A stretch of 64,000 nt of DNA from Cenococcum geophilum (lineage: Eukaryota). Each line of letters starts with the position of its first letter. Positions within the stretch are counted from its first letter, which is position 1. This document shows positions 63,654-64,000 of the stretch, piece by piece. The position numbers and the translations under genes are program-made. The notes under the pieces are model-generated. The model was not told the DNA's origin. It was given only the letters and a program-made list of their open reading frames with translations, and did not search any database. The stretch covers positions 18,352,001 through 18,416,000 of the forward strand of contig CP158635.1 of the NCBI GenBank assembly GCA_050273025.1, given 5' to 3'.

Positions 63654-64000
63654 CTAATATCTTCCCTTCTTGTAGCAATTCTCTTCCCCCTTTGCGTGTT
63701 CGTGGTACTCGCAGGATTCCCTTGCGGGGCATGTGAAGTCTCTTTTAGTTTTCTTCGCATTCATGAAGGCTAAAGCCACATCTTGGAGGCACTCTGCATT
63801 CCCAGCAGCCATTTGTATGAATGCTTCACTATCATAATATAAACAAACCTCTACAAACAATCGTCGAGCTGGTGAGTTTTGCGGAGTGTTCTGATATACT
63901 TGTTGGACCTCATGCGGAAATGTGCGTATCGTGTTCATTTTATTGATGATTGCGTCCATAAGGGCATCTCTGAAGTGCGAATCCTGTATTTTCTTCCCAA
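63654..64000 (-). CDS. BTB/POZ-domain-type protein, C-terminal part (runs off the window)
   Basis: KIQDSHFRDALMDAI...VYQNTPQNSPARRLFVE...CEYHEH is typical of the C-terminal half of fungal BTB proteins; the BTB domain itself lies outside the window. Confidence 0.75.
   Translation of the reverse strand, partial: GKKIQDSHFRDALMDAIINKMNTIRTFPHEVQQVYQNTPQNSPARRLFVEVCLYYDSEAFIQMAAGNAECLQDVALAFMNAKKTKRDFTCPARESCEYHEHAKGEENCYKKGRY

Overview
Window from a filamentous ascomycete (Pezizomycotina) genome. About 1-54,050 is an AT-rich block destroyed by repeat-induced point mutation (RIP), so the ORF track is nearly empty there. It resolves into seven nested LTR retrotransposons (five Ty3/Gypsy: A1, A2, B, D, E; two Ty1/Copia: C1, C2), most with readable LTR pairs and target-site duplications (TSDs). 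They sit in a backbone carrying a RIP-inactivated DUF3435 tyrosine recombinase (Starship 'captain'-type) gene and remnants of unidentified cargo genes. A ~6.7 kb inversion (~47,377-54,043) splits Gypsy A2, joining a TTAC site in its integrase to the putative Starship terminus; matching TSDs and LTR subtype support this. Four unrelated retroelements (2 Copia, 2 Gypsy) share a palindromic module in their 3' non-coding regions. From ~54,050 the DNA is unRIPed: an LTR remnant, two MITEs, then intron-containing genes for a Pps1-like dual-specificity phosphatase, DNA polymerase delta subunit 4, the scavenger decapping enzyme Dcs1/DcpS and a partial BTB/POZ protein. All alignments and translations were done by eye; coordinates may be off by a few bases.
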